Assembly: GCA_910577815.1 (NCBI GenBank)
Contig: CAJTNO010000006.1
Span: 15,446 to 79,445, forward strand
DNA from: an uncultured Christensenella sp.
GTDB lineage: Bacteria > Bacillota > Clostridia > Christensenellales > CAG-917
DNA: 64,000 nt
Direction: 5' to 3'
In this document: one piece after another, positions 1 through 8,331 of the stretch
How the letters are laid out: each line of letters starts with the position of its first letter
How positions within the stretch are numbered: the first letter of the stretch is position 1
Translations under genes and position numbers: made by a program
The notes under the pieces: model-generated
What the model saw: only the letters and a program-made list of their open reading frames with translations
Databases searched by the model: none
What the model was told of the DNA's origin: nothing

Positions 1-800
1 ATACGCAGATTATCGAGCGCAACGGCAAGCCCACCGTACCCGCCAACCCTACAAAGCCGAATTATGTATTTGTCGGCTGGTCTATTGACGGAACGAACAC
101 CGTCAACGTAAGCAATTACACCGTTACCGAAAACATAACATTTACGGCAATATTCCGTGTAGACAAATTCACGGTTACGTTCAAAAACGGCGATACTACG
201 GTAGCAACGCAAGAGGTGCAAAACGGCGGCTATGCAACTATGCCTACGTTCAACAGCGATACGTTTGTGGGCTGGACGGTTGACGGAAAAACGGTTGTAA
301 ATCTTTCAACCTACAAGATAACCGCAAACACGACTTTCACGGCAAAATTCGGAACTTGGACGCGCTTGGGCGACGATATGCTTTACGTTTACGGCGACAG
401 CACTATGAACAGCGTTGACATAGCGGTTAGCGGTCTGAAAGCGGGCGACAAAATCAAGATTACGGCGAACTATATCAAGGCGAATATACGCGACGACGGA
501 AACAACAGTTTTTGGTATAACTCGCCCGACGGCAACGGTTGCTACGGCTACGAATACGGCTATGACGGACAATGGCAACAACTGCAATACGAGGGCGACG
601 GCGGCAACGCTGGCGACAAAGAATTGACAAGCCTTGCGCCGTTCTCGGCAACGCTCGGACTTGTGGAATACGGAACGGAAAACACATTTACCATAACAAT
701 ATCTTGCAAACGCGACGGAATTTTGACTGTCGAGTGGTCGGACAATGCGGGTTTCTATATCGAGATGATGACAATGTGGGAATTGTACGTTATGAGATAA
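1..800 (+). CDS. Listeria-Bacteroides (Flg_new-type) repeat protein, 5'-partial; possible phage receptor-binding or tail-fibre protein
   Basis: Frame 3 has no stop from position 3 to 800, and the track start at 216 is an internal GTG. Two repeat units match the Flg_new pattern (…NYVFVGWSIDGTNTVNVSNYTVTENITFTAIF; …TFVGWTVDGKTVVNLSTYKITANTTFTAKF). A Gly/Tyr/Asp-rich C-terminal domain follows. Confidence 0.6.
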   Translation, partial: TQIIERNGKPTVPANPTKPNYVFVGWSIDGTNTVNVSNYTVTENITFTAIFRVDKFTVTFKNGDTTVATQEVQNGGYATMPTFNSDTFVGWTVDGKTVVNLSTYKITANTTFTAKFGTWTRLGDDMLYVYGDSTMNSVDIAVSGLKAGDKIKITANYIKANIRDDGNNSFWYNSPDGNGCYGYEYGYDGQWQQLQYEGDGGNAGDKELTSLAPFSATLGLVEYGTENTFTITISCKRDGILTVEWSDNAGFYIEMMTMWELYVMR

Positions 801-929
801 ACAAAGGCAAATCACAACTTAATTATAACGCTTGGGGTAAGCGCAAAAAGCCCCGCCATTAGCCGCTTAAAATGACGGTGCGCAACGTAGTTTACGGCGG
901 TGCAAAATAAACCTCAAAAGGAGCAAAAA

Positions 930-1295
930 ATGGAAAACTTAAACAAGGTAGTCAAGGAAATCAAGATTGTAGCAAAACCCTCGAAACGCGGCGGCAAAAA
1001 TCACTTCGTGCGCGTTGAACTCATTAACGGGCGTTCCGCAGACGTGTGGTGCGATAAAGAGGTCGTCGAACTCATTCAGACTTGCACGGAGTTGGGCGTT
1101 GAGCCTTTCAAGAGTTTTACTCTCGAAAAACGTACCAGTGAAAAGAACGGCGCGGAATATATCGCGGTTGTGCTTAAAATGTTCAACGACGACGAATACT
1201 TTTACTTTCTGCCCCGCGCAACAAATACCATTGTGGGATTGTTACTCGCAAAAGCCGCAAAGGACGAAACGCCCGCGACCGCGAAAAAGGCGTAA
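930..1295 (+). CDS. Hypothetical phage protein (121 aa from ATG 930)
   Basis: ORF 900..1295. The ATG at 930 is preceded by AAGGAG. No recognisable motif. Confidence 0.5.
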   Translation: MENLNKVVKEIKIVAKPSKRGGKNHFVRVELINGRSADVWCDKEVVELIQTCTELGVEPFKSFTLEKRTSEKNGAEYIAVVLKMFNDDEYFYFLPRATNTIVGLLLAKAAKDETPATAKKA

Positions 1296-1298
1296 TCT

Positions 1299-1730
1299 AT
1301 GGCAAACCCGAAAATACCGCAAGGCTATCAAGGAACATACGCCCGCGCCGCCGACGGCTCGGCAACTCTTATTATGGTGTCGCGTTCAGATAGCATAACG
1401 GACTATACCGAAAAAAAGGAGCATAAGCCTATGGCAAATCAACCCACGCAACAGCAAATGAATATGACGGACGGCGAACAGCCGCAAGCACGTTATACGC
1501 CTTATACTACCGAGCAGAAAAAGGAATACGCAAAGCAGTTTACCAAACGTGAAATTGCCTCGTACCGCAAAGGACAGCAAAGCGCATACGCGCATATGGG
1601 GAATATCGGCAAGCGCAATTCGTTTTTCATTTACAACAATCTGAAAAACGACGAGGCGGCAACGCCACCGCCCGCGCCGCCCGCCGACAGTAAACCCAAA
1701 GGCAACCGCCGCAATACGGGCAATAAATAA
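1299..1730 (+). CDS. Hypothetical phage protein (143 aa; alternative start 1431 with a better SD)
   Basis: ORF in the track. The internal ATG at 1431 is preceded by AAGGAG. Gln/Pro-rich with a basic C-terminus. Confidence 0.45.
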   Translation: MANPKIPQGYQGTYARAADGSATLIMVSRSDSITDYTEKKEHKPMANQPTQQQMNMTDGEQPQARYTPYTTEQKKEYAKQFTKREIASYRKGQQSAYAHMGNIGKRNSFFIYNNLKNDEAATPPPAPPADSKPKGNRRNTGNK

Positions 1731-1791
1731 CTAAATCTTACGAGGGAGCGGGCGTTTGTCCGTTCCCTTGTTTCTTTTTGCGGGGGTGCTT

Positions 1792-2667
1792 ATGGAAAAT
1801 AAAACGTATTATCTTACTTACGTTGTCGGGGAGCGCGGCGTAGGTAAAACAACATTATTAGCGCATTTTGCTTGCCGCTATATGATACCGCCGCTGTCCG
1901 TTTATGACCTATCTATTTGCAAAAAGGAAATTGAACGGCTGCGGGCTGGCGGCTGGAATAACCTTTCACTTGCGCCGCACATTCAACACCTTGTTTACGT
2001 TGTGGACGATACATTTATTGCGCGGGGGCTTGGGTATAAGCCGCGCGTTTCTATGGAATTGCAATTTGAACGAATAGGACTATACGACGGTGTTCACGAG
2101 GTTGATTATCTCTTGCCGTATGCAAAAATCTTTCTGCCCGAAATTCAAAGCAAATTAGACAGTAGAAAATCAATGACCGCCGAACGGGTTGCGGACTACT
2201 TTCTGCGTTATATCGAACGACAACGCAAGGTCGGCGTTCAGATGTGGGCTGACACGCAAATAGACGACAGCGCGGACAAACGCTTTCGTTCGCTTTCCGA
2301 TAAACTCATAGAGGTGCAGAACAAACGCGATTATTACGACCATTACGGGCGGCTTATTAAAACCGTATGGAACTGTTTGGAGTTTTCGGGCGTTCGGCAA
2401 TACGCCCGTTACAAGGACAGCGGCAACGCGAAAATAGGCGTTAAAACGGCATACGCGCACTACGGAAATATTTACGCTTGCGTTGACAGTTACAGCGGCA
2501 AAGAATATTTTTATTACGGTATGACGGGCAACTACCATACAACGCTTGCAACGCTCACGGGCAACGACAAGGCGGCTATGCTGGCGCGATGCGAACGCTA
2601 TCCGCTATTTAATCAGAACGAAAACAAGAACAATAACAGCGAGGTTACGGAACTATGGAAAAGTTAG
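1792..2667 (+). CDS. P-loop NTPase (291 aa from ATG 1792)
   Basis: Walker A GERGVGKTT lies near the N-terminus and a hydrophobic-DD stretch (LVYVVDD) is a candidate Walker B. No TM segment. The track start at 1756 is TTG. Confidence 0.55.
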   Translation: MENKTYYLTYVVGERGVGKTTLLAHFACRYMIPPLSVYDLSICKKEIERLRAGGWNNLSLAPHIQHLVYVVDDTFIARGLGYKPRVSMELQFERIGLYDGVHEVDYLLPYAKIFLPEIQSKLDSRKSMTAERVADYFLRYIERQRKVGVQMWADTQIDDSADKRFRSLSDKLIEVQNKRDYYDHYGRLIKTVWNCLEFSGVRQYARYKDSGNAKIGVKTAYAHYGNIYACVDSYSGKEYFYYGMTGNYHTTLATLTGNDKAAMLARCERYPLFNQNENKNNNSEVTELWKS

Positions 2668-2975
2668 ATTTTACGGAACTGCACAAAGAAAAGTTAGCGG
2701 TTATATTCGAGAATATAGACATACTCACGGCAATGAAAGAAAGCGACACGCAACTGCCGCCGCGCTTTTTTCGGGAAATTACGGACGACGTGATTTTGGA
2801 CTATAAAGCCAAAGTCGGCATACTCAACAAGAATACAAAGTTTGTAACAAAGGAACTTATAAAAGACTTTAAGTTACTGCGACGGGAACAGCGCAAGCGA
2901 CAAGCGGAACTACGCCGCCAGCGCAAGCGCGAAACGCTTTTATACGTTGCGCCCGCCGCGCTTATTCACTCATAA
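2655..2975 (+). CDS. Hypothetical phage protein with an Arg/Lys-rich C-terminus
   Basis: 106-aa ORF that overlaps the upstream stop by 13 nt, suggesting translational coupling. Confidence 0.45.
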   Translation: MEKLDFTELHKEKLAVIFENIDILTAMKESDTQLPPRFFREITDDVILDYKAKVGILNKNTKFVTKELIKDFKLLRREQRKRQAELRRQRKRETLLYVAPAALIHS

Positions 2976-2987
2976 TCAACACCGCAA

Positions 2988-3015
2988 CACACGGGCGGCG
3001 AACGCCGCCCGTGTG
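2988..3015 (+). repeat. Perfect GC-rich hairpin (13-bp arms) abutting the ori stem-loop
   Basis: CACACGGGCGGCG-AA-CGCCGCCCGTGTG. No T-tract follows. Confidence 0.8.
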
Positions 3016-3040
3016 CAGTAGGCTTACTATTACCCTACTG
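3016..3040 (+). other. Putative rolling-circle origin stem-loop with a CRESS-like nonanucleotide
   Basis: The stem is CAGTAGG/CCTACTG and the 11-nt loop is CTTACTATTAC. Loop positions 3025..3033 read TACTATTAC, against TAGTATTAC in circoviruses. It sits 48 nt upstream of the Rep ATG on the Rep-coding strand. Confidence 0.7.
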
Positions 3041-3046
3041 GCACTG

Positions 3047-3060
3047 CGGAACACGGAACA
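3047..3060 (+). repeat. Tandem heptamer iterons CGGAACA CGGAACA
   Basis: A perfect direct tandem repeat 6 nt 3' of the stem-loop. Circovirus Rep-binding iterons occupy the same relative position. Confidence 0.6.
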
Positions 3061-3087
3061 AGAATTTTGCATTATCGAGGTACATTT

Positions 3088-4290
3088 ATGGACGAAATCA
3101 CAAACAACAAAATAGCCGTCGAGGAAAGCCCCGCGCCCGTTACGACAATGAAAAAACGCTGGCTATTAACGATTAACAACCCGATATTTGCCGACAGCGG
3201 CTATACGGAAATTAACCCGTCTGACACCGATTTAGAGGTTAAAGAAAATCATTATGATTTGTCCGTATTGCAAGAGGACGAAAACAAAGATTTTTTCGAG
3301 TTTCGGTATATTCGATACGAGCAAGACGGAAACGCCGTTTTAATCAAACGCCCGTTTTTCAAAGACTTGGAGAGCATAGAAAAATACTTTAAGAATTTGA
3401 AAGATGTGGGCGGCTTGAAATATGCGGTGTATCAGTATGAACGGGGCGAAAACGGAACTCCGCACATACAAGGCTTTATTATCTACAAGAACAGCAAGCG
3501 TTTTGTAAATGTCAAACAAGACTTTCCGACGGCTCACATAATAGTACCGCGCGGGAGCAATTTGGAAAACCGCGACTATTGCACGAAAACCGATACGCGC
3601 ATAGCCCCGCCCGTTGAAATCGGGGAGTTTAGCGAAATGCGAACGCGCAACGATATAACGCAATTTTTCGAGGCGTTAAAACTCGGTGCTGACAACATAC
3701 TGCTGAAAAATATGTTTCCCGTTCTATACTCACAATACGGACCAGATAAAATAGAAAAGTTTAGACAAGACGAATTAAAAGCCGAATACGGAAAAAAGTT
3801 CCGCAATGTGATTGTAACATATATTTACGGAATACCCCGAACGGGCAAAACGACATACATTTACGACAATTACCCGATAGAAGATATATGCCGAATTGAC
3901 AACTACTTAAAAGGCACGTTCGAGGCATACGACCACCAAAGAATATTAGTGCTTGACGAGTTCACGGGAAAAATAGACTTGCCGTTTATGAATAACTTAT
4001 TAGACAAGTTCCCCGTTCAACTGCCCGCGCGGTTTTCAAATAGGACTGCGTGTTTCGAGCAAGTATTTATAATATCTAACTTGCCGCTTGATAGGCTCTA
4101 CAAGGACGAACAAAACACCGCGCGCGAGGTTTACAACGCTTTTATATCAAGAATACACAACATAATAAAATTTACGGCGTTGGGCGTGTGGCACTACGAA
4201 AAAAAGGACGGAAAACAAGTACCGCCGCCAAAGCAAGCCAAACTTTCCGATTTAGTACCGATAGAGGACGACGGCGACTTGCCGTTTTAA
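3088..4290 (+). CDS. rep: Rolling-circle replication initiator, circovirus-type HUH endonuclease fused to an SF3 helicase (CRESS-like Rep)
   Basis: Endonuclease motifs: I KRWLLTINNP, II GTPHIQGF, III DYCTKTD. Helicase motifs: Walker A GIPRTGKTT, Walker B ILVLDEF, motif C FIISN. By eye it aligns with porcine circovirus Rep (HKRWVFTLNNP / GRTPHLQGF / EYCSKEG). The ATG at 3088 is preceded by GAGG. Confidence 0.85.
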   Translation: MDEITNNKIAVEESPAPVTTMKKRWLLTINNPIFADSGYTEINPSDTDLEVKENHYDLSVLQEDENKDFFEFRYIRYEQDGNAVLIKRPFFKDLESIEKYFKNLKDVGGLKYAVYQYERGENGTPHIQGFIIYKNSKRFVNVKQDFPTAHIIVPRGSNLENRDYCTKTDTRIAPPVEIGEFSEMRTRNDITQFFEALKLGADNILLKNMFPVLYSQYGPDKIEKFRQDELKAEYGKKFRNVIVTYIYGIPRTGKTTYIYDNYPIEDICRIDNYLKGTFEAYDHQRILVLDEFTGKIDLPFMNNLLDKFPVQLPARFSNRTACFEQVFIISNLPLDRLYKDEQNTAREVYNAFISRIHNIIKFTALGVWHYEKKDGKQVPPPKQAKLSDLVPIEDDGDLPF

Positions 4291-4339
4291 GCACTTACGA
4301 AAAGAAAATATATTTAGGCGATAATAAGGAATTTCGTAT

Positions 4340-4525
4340 ATGCAAAACAATATGCCGCTCGGAATAACGGTTATATACTTTAACGACCAAAGCAAAAACA
4401 TTTACGCCAAACTGCCGCCCGATAAAGAGCAAGCAAAAAGGCTGTCAAAGCGTATTTATAAGGACGCTATGACAGCCATTGCAAGCGAACGGGCAAGCCG
4501 CGAGGGGTTAGCCCCTTGCGACTAA
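4340..4525 (+). CDS. Hypothetical small protein (61 aa)
   Basis: ORF with AAGGAA upstream; last + strand ORF of the module. Confidence 0.35.
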   Translation: MQNNMPLGITVIYFNDQSKNIYAKLPPDKEQAKRLSKRIYKDAMTAIASERASREGLAPCD

Positions 4526-4632
4526 CTGTTTGCCGTATAACGGGTAGTCCGACAACGGCAATTCCACCACGCAATAAAACTCACGCCGATTTACTTTGAA
4601 TATTTGGGTGTGCGTTTTTGTCGCTTTCAGTT

Positions 4633-4670
4633 CCACCACTCGAAAATGCACGTTAACATAACGTGCTTTT
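4633..4670 (+). repeat. Direct repeat copy 1, containing a terminator-like hairpin
   Basis: CCACCACTCGAAAATGCACGTTAACATAACGTGCTTTT. The hairpin is GCACGTTA-ACA-TAACGTGC (4648..4666) and is followed by a T-run. Confidence 0.75.
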
Positions 4671-4829
4671 CTTTTTTAAAAGCACAAATATGCCGCGCAC
4701 ATTTTCTCGTTGCTACCGCGCAAATGAATTTTTGCTATATACCAATGTGCCGTTGTAAACCCTCACTCCGTTTCGCAAATTCTTTTGCTTGGTGTGGCAT
4801 TGGCTTTTTTGTTGTCATAAGGCTAATAT

Positions 4830-4866
4830 CCGCCACTCAAAATGCACGTTAACATAACGTGCTTTT
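4830..4866 (+). repeat. Direct repeat copy 2, containing the identical hairpin
   Basis: CCGCCACTCAAAATGCACGTTAACATAACGTGCTTTT. The hairpin lies at 4844..4862 and is followed by T6. Confidence 0.75.
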
Positions 4867-5125
4867 TTGTTTTTATACATCATTTAAATTCTTTTTACGC
4901 CTGTAAACATCAAACTGAAAATTTCATATTATAAAGCGTTGTAACGACAATCCGACTTGCAGCGGCCTCTGTCGCGCAAACGGTTGCCGTTAAAACAGAT
5001 TAAACACAAAAATAAATTTATTGCTAAGCTTAAAGCACGCGCATAAGTCGCCGATACCATTTAAATATACCGCTATGGCTTTTGGTGTCTACTATATGCA
5101 TTAAATATATTTACAACGCAAAAAA

Positions 5126-5148
5126 ACGCACACTTATTGAGTGTGCGT
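5126..5148. terminator. Bidirectional intrinsic terminator between the convergent phage modules
   Basis: ACGCACACT-TATTG-AGTGTGCGT, flanked by an A-run upstream and a T-run downstream. Confidence 0.7.
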
Positions 5149-5196
5149 TTTTATTGCTTTTAGGCATTCTAAGCCAACAAATAATCTTATTGCCTA

Positions 5197-6228
5197 TCAA
5201 TAATACCTCTTTTCTCCGCCGCTCGACGAGGATTTAAGTGCGTTTAAAAGCTTGTCGTAATAAAGTCCTAAATAGTACTTCATATTAGGCGAAGCCGCAA
5301 GCGCGTCCGCCGCTATCTCGGGCGCAAGCGACGAATAGAAATTGAGCGCGATATTATATCGCTTTGCATAGTTATCCTGCTTCTCGCCCGTATATCCGTA
5401 CTTCTTTTCGTTCTCCTCCTGCTTCTTTATTGCCTCGAGCTTTTCTTCCTCGCGCTTTTCAAGATACTTTTCAATATCCGACTGGCGCTTGACCTGATAA
5501 TCCGCGTTCTGCTTACGCACCTGATTGTTGTAAGTTTCGTACTCCTTTACGGTCTTGTCCCTCTCCTTTTTAAGGTCCGCTATGCGCTCGTCAAGCTCCA
5601 TAGCGTATTTTAAGTCAAGCTCCTCGAGCGCGTTCGTTTTGTCGTTTTCAAGCCCCGCGATTTTGTTGTCAATCTCCGTCATCGAATTGTTAAACGAAGC
5701 CTGTAGCTGTCCCGCGCCTTCCATTCGCGCCGCGTCAAGGCTTCCGAGCTGCGTGGTCGCTATACTGCTGCGCGCAAGTCCGCGCTTCAAGACGTCGTTT
5801 TCCGTGCGCCTGCGCAGCTCGTCATACAGCTCGCTAAGCTTCTCGTAGCCCGATTTTAAATTCTCGGCAGCCTGTAGCCTGTTGCTCTCAATCTCGGATT
5901 TCTGCGTCTCGTACTTGCCCTCAAGCTTGTTTGCCGCCTGTTGCTTGTTTAAAGCGTTTTCCCTTTCCGCTCTCGAGGCTATATCCTCGTCGCTGTCCGC
6001 CTTGTATTCTATTTCCTTTAAGCCCAAATCGGTAGGAAACAGCGCGTCAAGGTCGGGTTCCTCCTCTTTAGGCAGAGAATCCTTGTACTGCTGCTCAAGC
6101 TCAGAAAGCCTGTCAAGTATCTCCTTCTCGCGCTCGAGCGCGTCCTTTATCTGATTCTGCTTTTCCTCCGCCTTTTCGGAATCCGTTTTAAACAAATCCT
6201 TAAATTCATCCCAAATGCTCTTTGCCAT
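5197..6228 (-). CDS. Coiled-coil phage structural protein (possible tail-needle or ejection-type protein)
   Basis: 343 aa, almost entirely charged heptad-like sequence. TAGGAGG precedes the ATG. It is the last gene of the morphogenesis operon, in the position that the coiled-coil gp26 holds in P22. Confidence 0.5.
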   Translation of the reverse strand: MAKSIWDEFKDLFKTDSEKAEEKQNQIKDALEREKEILDRLSELEQQYKDSLPKEEEPDLDALFPTDLGLKEIEYKADSDEDIASRAERENALNKQQAANKLEGKYETQKSEIESNRLQAAENLKSGYEKLSELYDELRRRTENDVLKRGLARSSIATTQLGSLDAARMEGAGQLQASFNNSMTEIDNKIAGLENDKTNALEELDLKYAMELDERIADLKKERDKTVKEYETYNNQVRKQNADYQVKRQSDIEKYLEKREEEKLEAIKKQEENEKKYGYTGEKQDNYAKRYNIALNFYSSLAPEIAADALAASPNMKYYLGLYYDKLLNALKSSSSGGEKRYY

Positions 6229-6236
6229 TTCGCCTC

Positions 6237-6350
6237 CTATGCGTTGTCGCTTACGCTCTTTGTCGCCGTCAGCTTAGCAAGCTTCACCTCAAGCGTCTTT
6301 ACCTTTACCACAAGCTCCTCGAGCGTTGACACTATTTCGTTTATGTTCAT
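6237..6350 (-). CDS. Small coiled-coil ORF (37 aa), absent from the ORF track
   Basis: Hand translation gives MNINEIVSTLEELVVKVKTLEVKLAKLTATKSVSDNA*. AGGAGG lies 4 nt before the ATG. The ORF fills the gap between two structural genes, and its TAG overlaps the SD of the next gene. Confidence 0.45.
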   Translation of the reverse strand: MNINEIVSTLEELVVKVKTLEVKLAKLTATKSVSDNA

Positions 6351-6358
6351 TTATCCTC

Positions 6359-7795
6359 CTATATCGCAAGCGTATCCACCGACACTATCAGCGGCGTTAC
6401 ATATGCGTGCTTCGCGGCGCAGGATATCTCAAAGCCTATCTTTCGTCCGCTTCGCTCCACGGGCACCGTTTTAAGCAGGTCGCTTCCCTTTACAGCATAC
6501 TCGTACGCCTTGCCGTCCAGCTTTACCGTAAGCATTATGTCGCTGTCCGTCTGTAGAGTCACGCTCCGCACCGTCTTTAGCGACGATGACGACAGCGCGC
6601 TTTCCGGGCTTATGTAGCTTTTTGCCGTTACCGCGCCCATTACCTCGCCGCTTCGGGACATCATTCCCAATGCGCCCTGGTTCTTGCTCTCGAATACGCA
6701 CAGCACCTGCGAGCCGTTATGTATCTTTATCGGTCGCAGTCTTTTTACCGAGTAGCCGTAAAGTATACACAGGGTTTTATCCTTTAATCCGTACCTTATC
6801 ACGGCGTTGTTTTTGGTTCCGCTGCCCTCGATTTTGCACGCCATATAATAGTAGTCGTCTATGTAAGCGCAGCTCATAAGATGCGTTCTCTCTATAGGCG
6901 GAAGCTGCTTGGCTATCCTGGTGACCTCGTAGCCGTCAAACGTAAAAAGTCCGTTGGTAGCGTAAAATATAATTTTATCGCCGCATACCTCAATCGAGTT
7001 TTTAACTATACGTCCCGTATCGGTAAACACCTTTTTCAGCATAAATTCGTTCTGCTCGCCGTATGCCGTCAGGCGGAATATCCCAAACTCGCGGAATACG
7101 TACAGGTAGTTTAAAAAGGACACAAGCTCCAACACCTCGCCGCATTCGTCCGCAAAGTTTATAAAGCCTGCCTCCGTTTCGCTGACGCTCCAGTTCTGCG
7201 GATTGAAGTCATCCGAAAACCAAATCTGATTCTGTACGCCGTTCATACAGCCGAACACCCTTTCGTTATGCACCTCTATCGACGTGAATTGCGGCGAGTC
7301 GCCCAGTATAAGCGGAGTGGTATCCTTTATCATATGAAGCTTCGCGTTCTTTGCTCCGAGCAGCAAAACGTCCTCGCCGTTATAGTTGTAGTTTACCGCC
7401 GTGACGTCCTGATTTATCATCAGCCCGGATAAGTCGTGCCACTCGTCCGTTTCATATGCCGCCGTATACATAAACTTGGCGTTTGTAAGGTGCGCTATAA
7501 GCTTATCCGCATACGTTCCGTCCGCGTTTTTGCGCCTGTATAAAAATACGTCCCTCAGCCTCTTGCCCGCAGGCAGCTCGGGATACGGGTGCCTCTCCAC
7601 GTACGGAGCGACGTAAAAGCCCTGCGCGGGGTCTATCCCTATTCCGCCCGTAAGCACTCCGTCCTCTATAACAAAGTTGTACGCCTGCTTTGCGTATGCC
7701 ATATCCAGTACGCTTTGGTCGGTATCCGTTACTATTCCCTTAAATCCTACCACTACCTTGGATTTGTTTACCCTGACGTCCTTCACGCACGCCAC
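6359..7795 (-). CDS. Phage structural protein, putative tail hub (P22 gp10-sized)
   Basis: 478 aa. Its start overlaps the stop of the upstream gene. Size and position match P22 gp10 (472 aa). I recognised no motif by eye. Confidence 0.45.
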   Translation of the reverse strand: MACVKDVRVNKSKVVVGFKGIVTDTDQSVLDMAYAKQAYNFVIEDGVLTGGIGIDPAQGFYVAPYVERHPYPELPAGKRLRDVFLYRRKNADGTYADKLIAHLTNAKFMYTAAYETDEWHDLSGLMINQDVTAVNYNYNGEDVLLLGAKNAKLHMIKDTTPLILGDSPQFTSIEVHNERVFGCMNGVQNQIWFSDDFNPQNWSVSETEAGFINFADECGEVLELVSFLNYLYVFREFGIFRLTAYGEQNEFMLKKVFTDTGRIVKNSIEVCGDKIIFYATNGLFTFDGYEVTRIAKQLPPIERTHLMSCAYIDDYYYMACKIEGSGTKNNAVIRYGLKDKTLCILYGYSVKRLRPIKIHNGSQVLCVFESKNQGALGMMSRSGEVMGAVTAKSYISPESALSSSSLKTVRSVTLQTDSDIMLTVKLDGKAYEYAVKGSDLLKTVPVERSGRKIGFEISCAAKHAYVTPLIVSVDTLAI

Positions 7796-8331
7796 CTCCT
7801 CTCCTTAAGGCGCAGACTCCTTCCCTTGTATTTCATAAGTCCGAGCTTGCTCCTGAACGACGTGTCAAAGCTCTTTGCCAAATCAAATACCTTGTTTGCA
7901 AAATAGTACTCCGCAAGCGTGCCGTCGCTCAGCGCCGACTGCGTGAGCCTTACGTCGTTTATACTGCTGTTTATGGATATAGGCATAGGCGGAGTATATG
8001 CGTATTCCAATATCGCTTCTCCGCTGAAATCCGCCGTCAGTCTGTTGGGATACGTCTTGAATGCCACCGTTTCGTCTCCGCGCTTCAGTCGTATCGGATA
8101 CAGTATGGATTTTCCAAGCTTGCTTATCATAAGCTGTCCGTCGCTGAATACTACGTTCTCCTCGGTAGTGAGCGGCAGATATTCGCAGATTATCTCTCTA
8201 TAGGCAATGTTCATCGCGCCGAGCAAGGAATTTATAAGCTCCTGCTCTCCCTCGCTGAACGTCTCATTATGTGAAAAATCCGCAAGTCCCATCTTCAAAA
8301 GACATTCGCTTATTACGTTTTTTGCGGTCAT
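7783..8331 (-). CDS. Phage head-to-tail adaptor candidate (P22 gp4-sized)
   Basis: 182 aa, translationally coupled on both sides, lying downstream of the capsid gene. Confidence 0.4.
   Translation of the reverse strand: MTAKNVISECLLKMGLADFSHNETFSEGEQELINSLLGAMNIAYREIICEYLPLTTEENVVFSDGQLMISKLGKSILYPIRLKRGDETVAFKTYPNRLTADFSGEAILEYAYTPPMPISINSSINDVRLTQSALSDGTLAEYYFANKVFDLAKSFDTSFRSKLGLMKYKGRSLRLKERRWRA

Noticed and set aside
1792-2667. Calling the P-loop protein a Zot-like (inovirus assembly) ATPase
   Set aside because: Only a Walker A and a possible Walker B are visible. It lacks the C-terminal TM segment characteristic of Zot/pI, and the neighbouring genes belong to a tailed phage. I left it as a generic P-loop NTPase.
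2988-3015. GC-rich 13-bp hairpin read as the intrinsic terminator of the upstream + strand operon
   Set aside because: No U/T-tract follows, because the ori stem-loop starts at the next base. I kept it as part of the origin region rather than calling it a terminator.
4604-4852. 82-aa ORF spanning the region between the twin hairpin repeats
   Set aside because: It has no SD, starts and ends inside the terminator-like repeats, and has a Cys/Phe-rich odd composition. The region is better explained as non-coding.
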